Virus record (IMG/VR): IMGVR_UViG_3300030376_007572
Coordinates: 1 to 33,661 of that record
Length of the DNA stretch: 33,661 nucleotides
DNA from: a virus
Taxonomy: Duplodnaviria; Caudoviricetes
Strand: one strand, 5' to 3'
The translations under genes and the position numbers were made by a program. Under the pieces are notes generated by a model. That model worked only from the letters and a program-made list of their open reading frames with translations. It had not been told where the DNA came from and searched no databases. Shown one piece after another: positions 1 through 7,374 of this stretch (position 1 is its first letter; each line of letters starts with the position of its first letter).

Positions 1-539
1 CATACAAGAGAAGTAATTGGTTCGGTGTAAGTTTGTCTTTTAATATCTTCTGGAATAGTTCTAACATAGTTTTTAATATTTTCTTTTAATTTTTTATAAG
101 CTTCACAGACTTGAGGGTCACCAATATCTAATAAACCTTCTGTTTGTCTAATACTATGTATTACGCTTGCGTGGTGTTTATTTATATGTGCTCCTATGTA
201 TTGTAGGGTAAAACCTATTTTATTACACATGTAGCAAAAGATTTGTTTAAATATTACAAACTCTCTTCTTCTACAATCTTTTCCCAAGGATCTACGCCCT
301 TTAAATTCAGGATACAACTGTCTCATTGTTCCTAATACTAATTTTTCAAGTATTTCTATAGTTTTAATCTGATGTGCTTCTTTCATTGCAACTATCTCAT
401 CTTCCCATTGTCTAACATTGACAACTACATCTGATTGATCACTGACTAATATATTAATATTTTTTTCATACTTTGATTCAAATTCAGTTTTAAACTGTTG
501 AATCTCATTAGTCATCTCTAAAATATCTTCTTTGAACAT
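1..539 (-). CDS. DnaA C-terminal (domain IV)-like helix-turn-helix DNA-binding protein, 3'-partial
   Basis: Not in the ORF track. Hand translation from ATG at 539 stays open to the window edge (179 codons: MFKEDILEMT...RRREFVIFKQIFCYMCNKIGFTLQYIGAHINKHHASVIHSIRQ...). The TLQYIG..NKHHASVIHS segment matches the DnaA domain IV pattern sL.eIG..f.rDHtTVih. A TATATTTG element lies 20 nt upstream. Confidence 0.7.
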   Translation of the reverse strand, partial: MFKEDILEMTNEIQQFKTEFESKYEKNINILVSDQSDVVVNVRQWEDEIVAMKEAHQIKTIEILEKLVLGTMRQLYPEFKGRRSLGKDCRRREFVIFKQIFCYMCNKIGFTLQYIGAHINKHHASVIHSIRQTEGLLDIGDPQVCEAYKKLKENIKNYVRTIPEDIKRQTYTEPITSLV

Positions 540-559
540 ACTGGTTTTTTTAAGGTTTA

Positions 560-567
560 CAAATATA
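560..567 (-). promoter_or_regulatory. Bacteroidota-type -7 promoter element (TATATTTG)
   Basis: Reverse complement of CAAATATA. Matches the TAnnTTTG consensus and lies just upstream of the ATG at 539. Confidence 0.6.
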
Positions 568-612
568 AGAAAATAATTCTCTTATTATATTTTTTTATTG
601 TTTTAATTTATA

Positions 613-620
613 TATATTTG
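613..620 (+). promoter_or_regulatory. Bacteroidota-type -7 promoter element (TATATTTG)
   Basis: TATATTTGCA upstream of the only plus-strand genes in the left arm, divergent from the element at 560-567. Confidence 0.6.
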
Positions 621-624
621 CATC

Positions 625-756
625 ATGAATACTAAATTTATGAGCGTTGAAAATAAGCTAAATATATTAAAGGCTTATGATATTAAAAAATTTAAGGTTC
701 CAACTAAAAACATTATTACTACTAAAAATATAGATCATGGCAAAAAAGAAAGCTAA
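625..756 (+). CDS. possible small hypothetical protein (43 aa)
   Basis: MNTKFMSVENKLNILKAYDIKKFKVPTKNIITTKNIDHGKKES*. Fills the gap between the promoter and the 737 ORF and overlaps its start. Confidence 0.3.
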   Translation: MNTKFMSVENKLNILKAYDIKKFKVPTKNIITTKNIDHGKKES

Positions 757-1405
757 AAAGACAATAGAGGAAATAGAAAAAACCCTTGGTGTAACTGTTA
801 AACAACTTCAAGCACTAAAAGAACCTTATAGAGTTAAAGATGAAGAGGAAAGAGTTAAAATGAAAAAAGCTCAAGCTGATTTAAAAAACTCTGATGTATA
901 TCAAAAAAAGTCTTTTTATGTTCCAGATGAAGCTTTAGTAAATGTTCCTATATCAGGTGCTTTTAAAGTAGCAATTCAAGATACTTTAAACTTTATGATG
1001 TCACGTATGACTAAAGAGGAAACTATCCGTGGTTTAATGCATATTCAAAGTAACTTTGAAGGTTACAAGAAAAAAGAGGATGTTCAGCAATCAGACTTAG
1101 CTGTCTGGACACTGATGTCTCTAGTTTCTGAATTTAACTTCCAAGCTCAAGAGCAAGGAAAACTTTTAAATACTGACAAACTTATGAAAGATGAAGTTGC
1201 AGAATTTATAGAATCTGTAGAAACTGATCCAAACTTTAAAATAAGTGAGGAAGAAGTTATAAAAATAACTGAAAAGTATTCTGAAAAAATTCCAGGAGTA
1301 ACTCAATTTAATCATATTGATCCTGAAATGGTTAAAGAAAAAGAAGAGGAAGAACAAGAAGAAGAAAAGAAAACTGATGAAGAATCAGACACTAACGAAG
1401 ATTAA
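737..1405 (+). CDS. hypothetical protein, basic N-terminus and acidic C-terminal tail
   Basis: 222 aa ORF with codon usage like neighbouring genes; no recognisable motif. Confidence 0.8.
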   Translation: MAKKKAKKTIEEIEKTLGVTVKQLQALKEPYRVKDEEERVKMKKAQADLKNSDVYQKKSFYVPDEALVNVPISGAFKVAIQDTLNFMMSRMTKEETIRGLMHIQSNFEGYKKKEDVQQSDLAVWTLMSLVSEFNFQAQEQGKLLNTDKLMKDEVAEFIESVETDPNFKISEEEVIKITEKYSEKIPGVTQFNHIDPEMVKEKEEEEQEEEKKTDEESDTNED

Positions 1406-1775
1406 TGCCTGAAAAATCACCTATTTCTATTAATTCTTGAATAACAAGATTTAATTCCTGTTTACTACAATCACCAAAAGATTTACAATATTCTGATCCA
1501 TTTTTATTGAAACATAATCCTGCTTTCCTTTTGACTTGTAACTTCATTTCACTAAAGGTATATCCTATATTATTTGCTATTTCTCTTATCATAGCATGAA
1601 CCTTTGCAATTTGAGCAGAAGTACCATCATCTGAAGATACACTTGCAAATATTTCTATTCTGGTATCTTCAGGCAATTCTTCTATCCACTTTTTATACAA
1701 AGTTCCTTTAGCTTTTATAGTGTGAACAAGTTCACCATCTTTCTTTTTTAATATGGAATGAAAATTTTGTTTCAC
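1392..1775 (-). CDS. NinB/Orf-like recombination accessory protein (tentative)
   Basis: GTG start coupled by GTGA to the upstream ORF. Pattern S.AQ..KVHAMIREIA...G......K..VK...KSF...SK.EL...I..L resembles the NinB family. Confidence 0.5.
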   Translation of the reverse strand: MKQNFHSILKKKDGELVHTIKAKGTLYKKWIEELPEDTRIEIFASVSSDDGTSAQIAKVHAMIREIANNIGYTFSEMKLQVKRKAGLCFNKNGSEYCKSFGDCSKQELNLVIQELIEIGDFSGINLR

Positions 1776-1894
1776 TTTCTCTTTTTAATTCTTCTATCTA
1801 TCCACTCACCTACTTGTGTTGCAAAATACATTCCTGCTGCGAAGCAGGCACCACATATTATAAATAGTCCTGCTAATTCAATTATTGGTATCAT
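1772..1894 (-). CDS. small membrane protein (40 aa)
   Basis: Not in track. MIPIIELAGLFIICGACFAAGMYFATQVGEWIDRRIKKRK*: one hydrophobic helix plus a basic tail. Its TGA overlaps the next GTG start. Confidence 0.65.
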   Translation of the reverse strand: MIPIIELAGLFIICGACFAAGMYFATQVGEWIDRRIKKRK

Positions 1895-1911
1895 ATAATC
1901 TGATTTTTATA

Positions 1912-2184
1912 TTAAGGAGTTGTATGATTTTCTACAATTTTCCTTTCTATCTCCCTTAACCATTCAGGAGATATTGCATCAAAGAATTCATACATATCTG
2001 TATCATTATCTATATCTTTCCAGTCTTTATGCCACATTAATATTCTTTCTATTTCTATATGTGCACCAAATCCAGGATCATCATAGGTTTCTGGTACTTC
2101 AGGGATATAAATATATTCTATATCTAATTCCCACTCATCTGTTATTTTTTCTGACCATGTGTGTACTCTTGTTTGTTTTCCCAT
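1912..2184 (-). CDS. hypothetical acidic protein
   Basis: 90 aa ORF in a tightly packed minus-strand operon. Confidence 0.7.
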   Translation of the reverse strand: MGKQTRVHTWSEKITDEWELDIEYIYIPEVPETYDDPGFGAHIEIERILMWHKDWKDIDNDTDMYEFFDAISPEWLREIERKIVENHTTP

Positions 2185-2281
2185 TTTTTTTCTCTTTTAA
2201 TAATTTTTTTAAATATTCCGCGGGAGTTCCTTCCCATTGTTCATTCTTCATTTGAATGAATATGTTTTTCATTTTTCCCAT
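2135..2281 (-). CDS. small hypothetical protein (48 aa)
   Basis: Not in track. MGKMKNIFIQMKNEQWEGTPAEYLKKLLKEKKNGK...; starts 5 nt after the upstream stop and fills the gap. Confidence 0.5.
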   Translation of the reverse strand: MGKMKNIFIQMKNEQWEGTPAEYLKKLLKEKKNGKTNKSTHMVRKNNR

Positions 2282-2285
2282 ATTT

Positions 2286-2621
2286 TTAATTTCTTATACT
2301 GCCCCACATTTCATCTACAAATTCAACTAGTTTCATTTGTTCTAAATGTACAGAATCTAATTCTGCACCTAAATACATTATTTCAGCTAAAAGACCATCA
2401 ATTTGATCTTCATAAGTAGAACAATCTTTTTTATCCATTACTTCAACTAATTTTTCTTCTAACTCTAAATTATATTCATAAAGATTATGCCATCTTTCTT
2501 GTTCTATGTTTATTACTTCATTTTTACTGAATAAATGATCTTTGTGAACTCTTTTCATATTTATATTGATCACTAGTTGTATTAATATAATTACACCTAG
2601 TACTATTGTTATTTTTTTCAT
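2286..2621 (-). CDS. hypothetical protein with N-terminal signal/TM helix and coiled coil
   Basis: MKKITIVLGVIILIQLVINI hydrophobic N-terminus; ATGA overlap with the helicase stop. Confidence 0.75.
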   Translation of the reverse strand: MKKITIVLGVIILIQLVININMKRVHKDHLFSKNEVINIEQERWHNLYEYNLELEEKLVEVMDKKDCSTYEDQIDGLLAEIMYLGAELDSVHLEQMKLVEFVDEMWGSIRN

Positions 2622-3730
2622 TTGTCTAAAGGATTAAAATATTTAACTTTTTCTTTATCAAAACTACTAAGCGCGGAGTTAACCCATTTAACATCTTGTG
2701 TATTCCTATAACATAATATATGGCAGGTAGCTGTCTCACTTGGATTAAGACGGAGTAAACGCCCTATTCTTTGTGCTGACTTTCTTTCATTACCATATGC
2801 ATGCATAATAATACCTTGACGTAAGTTAGGTATAGTAACTCCTTCACTTAGTTGTAATACACAAGACAACTTATCTATTCTACCATCACTGAATAACTCT
2901 AAGTTATCTTCTGATGAAGTATTTTTAGAATGATAGCTGTGATTACACATTCTATCAGCTTGTGCTTGTGTATTAGCAAAGACAATACATTGATCACCAA
3001 TATTTCTCATCAAACCTTTAGCATATGCTTCTTTGGTTGGATAATCCATCATGGATTTCATTCTCATAATAGAGAGGAATTGTCTTTGTTTTGGTGTTTG
3101 AGCATCTCCCAATGCCCCTGTATAGTACTGATAATCAGCTAATTCTGATGTATACCATGTTCTTCCATCTTTTGTAGACTTCTTAACTGTTTTCAGTTTA
3201 GATAATTCTAATTCATGTACTATTATTTGATAATCATTAAGTATATCACTGTCAGCTGCATCATCTACACTAAATGTATATTTAACAGGACAGTACTTGT
3301 TGACCATCTTTAATTTTTCTCCTGATTTAGGTGGTGTACCAGTTAAACCTAGTATTCTACCTTTAAATTCAGAAAGAAATTCTTCATGTGTTTCTAGTAA
3401 ACTATGACACTCATCAAGATAAACTATATCAAAATCTTTTGGATTAAGTTTATTTAATGATAAGTATGTTGTGTATTGTATATGTCCATCTAATTGAACA
3501 AATAATTCCATTTTTACTAGCTCTAATTCCCAAGACTCTTTTACGGCCCATGTAGGAACTACAACTAAAACCCTTATAAATGGGTCATATAGTTTTGATA
3601 AATGGTTGATGGCAATTCTTGTTTTACCAACACCCATAGATATACCGAGCGTTGCTCTATTATTATTAATTGCTATGTTTAAAGCATCTTGTTGTACTTT
3701 ATCTCTATTAGATATTTGTTTCACTTCCAT
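2618..3730 (-). CDS. superfamily 2 DExH helicase (UvsW/XPB/ResIII-like)
   Basis: Walker A SMGVGKT, motif Ia VVVPT, DECH, motif III GLTGTP, LSEGVTIP, motif VI QRIGRLLR. Confidence 0.92.
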   Translation of the reverse strand: MEVKQISNRDKVQQDALNIAINNNRATLGISMGVGKTRIAINHLSKLYDPFIRVLVVVPTWAVKESWELELVKMELFVQLDGHIQYTTYLSLNKLNPKDFDIVYLDECHSLLETHEEFLSEFKGRILGLTGTPPKSGEKLKMVNKYCPVKYTFSVDDAADSDILNDYQIIVHELELSKLKTVKKSTKDGRTWYTSELADYQYYTGALGDAQTPKQRQFLSIMRMKSMMDYPTKEAYAKGLMRNIGDQCIVFANTQAQADRMCNHSYHSKNTSSEDNLELFSDGRIDKLSCVLQLSEGVTIPNLRQGIIMHAYGNERKSAQRIGRLLRLNPSETATCHILCYRNTQDVKWVNSALSSFDKEKVKYFNPLDK

Positions 3731-3994
3731 TTAATTTAAACTTATGTCATTATCTTTTAATAGTTTATATAATGTGGAATTATAGCTTATTTGATCTATT
3801 TCTTCCATTCTTTTTCTCATTTCATCATATTGACTCTTGTTAATTTCTTCTATTTCCATTCCTTCTACACTATTTACTATTTCCATAAATGCTTGTGAAT
3901 CAATCATTTGTGGATTTTGTGATATTATATGTGCAACTTCTAATAATTGCTCTGGTTTTAAATTGTTTGCTAAATATATTAATAATTCTATCAT
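3731..3994 (-). CDS. hypothetical protein
   Basis: 87 aa; ATGA overlap upstream and abuts the helicase start. Confidence 0.75.
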   Translation of the reverse strand: MIELLIYLANNLKPEQLLEVAHIISQNPQMIDSQAFMEIVNSVEGMEIEEINKSQYDEMRKRMEEIDQISYNSTLYKLLKDNDISLN

Positions 3995-4254
3995 ATTCTT
4001 TTAATTGAAAATCCTAATTCTTCTGCCTCTATTGGATTAAGTTCAATCCATGTGTGACAGCTTCTGCATACTGATAACCAGGTAGATACATCATTATGAT
4101 ATATACCTCTACCCTTTTTATGATGTACATCTGTTGATCTATGAGTGCATCTAGGAAGTGCAGCTTGACACATAGGATAGTCAGTAAGGAATACCCTCCT
4201 TAACTTACTATACTTTGCATCAAGCTTCTGCATCTTCTTAGATTTCTGTCTCAT
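3991..4254 (-). CDS. HNH endonuclease-like zinc-binding protein
   Basis: C-x6-C...STDVHHKKGRG...WLSVCRSCH pattern typical of small phage HNH proteins. Confidence 0.8.
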   Translation of the reverse strand: MRQKSKKMQKLDAKYSKLRRVFLTDYPMCQAALPRCTHRSTDVHHKKGRGIYHNDVSTWLSVCRSCHTWIELNPIEAEELGFSIKRI

Positions 4255-4739
4255 TTCACTAAATAAAAATTAGTTGGTAATAAATTGGTTCCAATAAATT
4301 TTAAGATCAGATCTTCATAAGTAATACCTAATTCTTTGAATGTCATTTTATTCTTATAATCAGGTAAATATTGAAATGGTGTTTCATATAACTCTCTACC
4401 AAGTTCTGACTTGGCAAATATACGAAAAATTGGTTGAACTTGTTTGTAAGAAATGTATTGTTTCCATTCATTGATGACATGTTGAGAGCGTTTCCAGACT
4501 TTGGTAATTCTTCTCTTCTTATCCCAATGCATTTTAGCAATCTCTGCTTGTTCATACATATTGAGTCCATGCAACACTCTTTTAAATAGAAAGTGTTGTC
4601 TTGGATTTAATTTAGTATAACACATAGTTCCATTATAACTACGTGCCACTGTTTGATACTCATCTAGTATTCCTAGATACTCATATCTGTCTTTACGGTG
4701 TGATAGCTTAAAACTATCTGCTTGTTTTTGTGTTAACAT
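4251..4739 (-). CDS. hypothetical basic protein
   Basis: 162 aa ORF, ATGA-coupled to the HNH gene. Confidence 0.8.
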   Translation of the reverse strand: MLTQKQADSFKLSHRKDRYEYLGILDEYQTVARSYNGTMCYTKLNPRQHFLFKRVLHGLNMYEQAEIAKMHWDKKRRITKVWKRSQHVINEWKQYISYKQVQPIFRIFAKSELGRELYETPFQYLPDYKNKMTFKELGITYEDLILKFIGTNLLPTNFYLVK

Positions 4740-4785
4740 AAGGCAATAAATATATAAAGGTTAATAAAAAAATATAAAAAGTGTA

Positions 4786-4825
4786 TAAAATAGAAAAGGG
4801 CAGCCGGTTCCGGATCTGCCCTTCT
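4786..4825 (-). terminator. intrinsic terminator
   Basis: Minus strand reads AGAAGGGCAG-ATCCGGAACCGG-CTGCCCTTTTCTATTTT: GC-rich stem followed by a U-tract, downstream of 4913..5479. Confidence 0.75.
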
Positions 4826-4840
4826 CAATGAACAATTTAA

Positions 4841-4881
4841 TTGAAAAAAGATGCGAGGTAACAAAGTCCACATCTTTTCAA
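4841..4881 (-). terminator. second terminator-like hairpin
   Basis: Minus strand AAAAGATGTG...CGCATCTTTTTT stem with one G-U pair and a U-tract. Confidence 0.5.
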
Positions 4882-4912
4882 ATCAAGTGTGATCAGTCAA
4901 AGTTGATCAGTC

Positions 4913-5479
4913 TTATAGTTCAAATGTTTCTTCTTCCATTTCAACTACTTCTTCAGCAGGTTCTTCTATAACCTCCTCTTTTTTCTCTTTCTTTTTAGAC
5001 TTAACTTTGACTTCTTCTGGAATTTCAATTCCTCCAAAACCTTCTCCGTCACTGTTTGCTTCCTTAATGGCATGACCATTAGTGTGAGCAATAAGAATGT
5101 CTTGTTCAAATTCATCCATTGAATAGAAAGTTTTTCTATAGATTGGTTCACCATGTGAAACACAAACTATACCTGTATCTCCAGCTATCTTAAGATCTCT
5201 ATCAGGATCAGAAGCACTAAATGGTTCAGTTTGTTCTTTAATAACTATTTGACCTGGTAATTCAGTCTTATTATTTAGATCTAATGATTGTAGATCTTCT
5301 ACCTTACCGTGTATTAAGGTACTAAGTTGAGATTTTCTCACCCAACCTTGTGTATTAAATGCAACTTTATTTTGCACTAATCTAACGCATCCAAATTCAG
5401 GATTATTGTTAGAAACTCTAATTATGCTACCTTGTGCATCCGGCACAATAGTAACATTGCCATTACTTGTTTTTGACAT
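4913..5479 (-). CDS. hypothetical protein, candidate single-stranded DNA-binding protein
   Basis: Beta-rich N-terminal ~140 aa, then a long acidic tail ending EEETFEL, as in phage SSBs. Followed by terminators. The ORF is solid but the function is inferred. Confidence 0.55.
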   Translation of the reverse strand: MSKTSNGNVTIVPDAQGSIIRVSNNNPEFGCVRLVQNKVAFNTQGWVRKSQLSTLIHGKVEDLQSLDLNNKTELPGQIVIKEQTEPFSASDPDRDLKIAGDTGIVCVSHGEPIYRKTFYSMDEFEQDILIAHTNGHAIKEANSDGEGFGGIEIPEEVKVKSKKKEKKEEVIEEPAEEVVEMEEETFEL

Positions 5480-5520
5480 GTTTAAAAAATTAATTGGTTA
5501 ATAAATAAGTTTGTTAAAAA

Positions 5521-5790
5521 TTAGACATCATCACGATGATAGTACTCATCATTAATGATTTCATCTTTAGATATTTCATCTATTCCAGGTTCATACTCTT
5601 CAGGAACTTCAATTATTTCTTCTTTTTCCTTAGTAGTCTTGCCCAAAGCAGACTTATAAAATGGATTTCTTACATTAGAGCTATACTCATTACCTAATCC
5701 ATTCAAATCCTTTAGTTCTTCATCTGTTAAATCCAGATATTGATCTAAGCTCATCTCTATTATACGTCCGTTAGGTAATTGGTAAATCAT
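5521..5790 (-). CDS. hypothetical acidic protein
   Basis: The track start is TTG 5796, which lies inside the promoter element. ATG at 5790 (MIYQLPNGR) is more plausible. Confidence 0.75.
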   Translation of the reverse strand: MIYQLPNGRIIEMSLDQYLDLTDEELKDLNGLGNEYSSNVRNPFYKSALGKTTKEKEEIIEVPEEYEPGIDEISKDEIINDEYYHRDDV

Positions 5791-5793
5791 ATG

Positions 5794-5801
5794 CAAATAT
5801 A
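5794..5801 (-). promoter_or_regulatory. Bacteroidota-type -7 promoter element (TATATTTG)
   Basis: Minus strand reads TATATATTTGCATATG. Confidence 0.55.
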
Positions 5802-5869
5802 TACTATTTACATGTAGAAATAACCTAACATCTATCTGTTATTATAAATAAATAAGAGTAGTATAGCTA

Positions 5870-6118
5870 TCATAATAAAATTATTTTTCTATCCACTCTT
5901 TTTATGTATCCTTTTTCTTTTAATTCTCTGATTTTTCTGTCAACAGTCCTTGGATGGACATCACATAGATCAGCTAATGTATTTATAGAAGGGAAACATG
6001 TTCTGTTTTTATTGGCATATGTACATAACAATGCATATATACCCTTTGCTTGCAAAGATAATTCAGGATCACTTAATATATTTTGGTATACTATTCCAAA
6101 CTTTCTGTGTTTTTCCAT
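5870..6118 (-). CDS. winged helix-turn-helix protein (HTH_36-like)
   Basis: LSLQAKGIYALL...CFPSINTLADLCDVHPRTVDRKIRELKEKGYI is the typical N-terminal wHTH of phage replication initiators. Confidence 0.85.
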   Translation of the reverse strand: MEKHRKFGIVYQNILSDPELSLQAKGIYALLCTYANKNRTCFPSINTLADLCDVHPRTVDRKIRELKEKGYIKRVDRKIILL

Positions 6119-6555
6119 ATCTCTGGTAATTTAGATTTACTTAGCTTAAGGGTTTTAACATTCATTTCATATGGAACAAGGTTACCATCCTTACCAATTA
6201 AGAATGCTTCAACTTTCATTTCATAATAAAATGGATCAAATTCATCCTTATAGTCTGAGCTATCAATAACTCTACCAAATAAGCAACCATCAACCATTAA
6301 ACCAGCATCAATCATACGATCCATTTCAAATTTATCTTTCACTTCCCATGTTTCTGGTTTCCATTTTACTATATCTCTTCTTTTTAATGCCTTATAGTTA
6401 GGTGTACAGATCATATATAATATCATATCCATGTCTGATTCATTTAACATATGTTTAAGTGCACTAATTATTGTGTTTATATTCTTTATATCCTTGTTAA
6501 ATATAGGATTAAGTACTTTATCTATTATTTTCTGTTTTATTATTTTATCTAGCAT
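6091..6555 (-). CDS. hypothetical protein
   Basis: Likely start is ATG 6555 (MLDKIIKQ), overlapping the stop of the small upstream ORF. The track extension to 6615 is low-complexity. Confidence 0.75.
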   Translation of the reverse strand: MLDKIIKQKIIDKVLNPIFNKDIKNINTIISALKHMLNESDMDMILYMICTPNYKALKRRDIVKWKPETWEVKDKFEMDRMIDAGLMVDGCLFGRVIDSSDYKDEFDPFYYEMKVEAFLIGKDGNLVPYEMNVKTLKLSKSKLPEIWKNTESLE

Positions 6556-6644
6556 GCCATTATTATTATTGATATTGTCATTAATATTACATAAACAATG
6601 ATTGCATCTAAGCAACCATATCTTTTACCGTTTCTTTGTCTCAT
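6549..6644 (-). CDS. small membrane peptide (31 aa)
   Basis: Not in track. MRQRNGKRYGCLDAIIVYVILMTISIIIMAC*, with A-rich upstream context, directly after the tRNA. Confidence 0.5.
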   Translation of the reverse strand: MRQRNGKRYGCLDAIIVYVILMTISIIIMAC

Positions 6645-6659
6645 GTTATTTTATTTTAG

Positions 6660-6733
6660 TACACCCACTAGGACTTGAACCTAGAACCTACAGCTTAGAA
6701 GGCTGTCGCTCTATCCAATTGAGCTATGAGTGC
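6660..6733 (-). tRNA. trnR: tRNA-Arg(UCU)
   Basis: GCACTCA TA GCTC AATTGGATA GAGC G ACAGC CTTCTAA GCTGT AGGTT CTAGG TTCAAGT CCTAG TGGGTGT A folds into a full cloverleaf. Anticodon TCT; CCA not encoded (CTA follows). Confidence 0.96.
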
Positions 6734-6740
6734 ATAAGAG

Positions 6741-6979
6741 ATTAAGGAAGGACAGTAGCTATAGTGCCCTTCCGTAATCAACCACTCAAACAAACAGTAA
6801 CCACACTGTTAATTGTATTTAGTACTATGGTACTGTTAGTACGTCACTGATGACGTAAAAACAATGATTGTAGTAAATAAGTGTAGTAGTTGTTTGAGTT
6901 GATGTCAGTTAACTATTAGGAAATATCAATAGATGCCTTAATAATCTTTGATATCTTCAACCCCAATAGTTAATTGACA
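6741..6979. ncRNA. putative structured non-coding RNA upstream of tRNA
   Basis: At least six nested or adjacent inverted repeats in an ORF-free stretch (details in findings). Confidence 0.45.
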
Positions 6980-7017
6980 ACACTCTTTCTGAATCATACC
7001 CCATGGATTAGAAAGAT

Positions 7018-7251
7018 TTATCTATTCTTGTAGTTACAGAAGTACTCTGTTAATGTATATTGTTGTAATATCCACATCAATACCCATATTAATAGTCCGA
7101 GTTTAGACTCAAATAATGTCATTACAGTGTAATCACTGACTAATGCAACAGGAAAGAATACAATACACATAGTAACAAATGTTGTTAATGCAGGTATTGC
7201 AAAGTATAATACGATTGAAACTGGGTTCAAGCTTTTAAATAATCTTTTCAT
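7018..7251 (-). CDS. small membrane protein (2 TM)
   Basis: 77 aa with two hydrophobic segments; A-rich start context TTTAAAATG. Confidence 0.7.
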   Translation of the reverse strand: MKRLFKSLNPVSIVLYFAIPALTTFVTMCIVFFPVALVSDYTVMTLFESKLGLLIWVLMWILQQYTLTEYFCNYKNR

Positions 7252-7294
7252 TTTAAATAAGTGTTAGTTAATAATTAGTTTAAGTACGATTTGA

Positions 7295-7309
7295 ACAGTT
7301 TACTCTGTT
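7295..7309 (-). repeat. 15-nt hairpin motif AACAGAGTAAACTGT, copy 1
   Basis: Exact match to 23639..23653 (+). Confidence 0.8.
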
Positions 7310-7374
7310 AGTTTAATTGAGCAGTTTTGTATCATACTCAGGATCTCCATAGCACCTTTCACTCTGTCAATATG

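Noticed and set aside
6600-6659. Theta/HDV-like ribozyme 3' of the tRNA
   Set aside because: Downstream sequence is an A-rich spacer leading straight into a small ORF, with no nested double-pseudoknot pattern.
6847-6862. CTGATGA hammerhead-like core (also at about 7615)
   Set aside because: No stem II followed by GAAA and no stem III/UH site. At 6847 the sequence is simply part of the ACGTCA/TGACGT hairpin.
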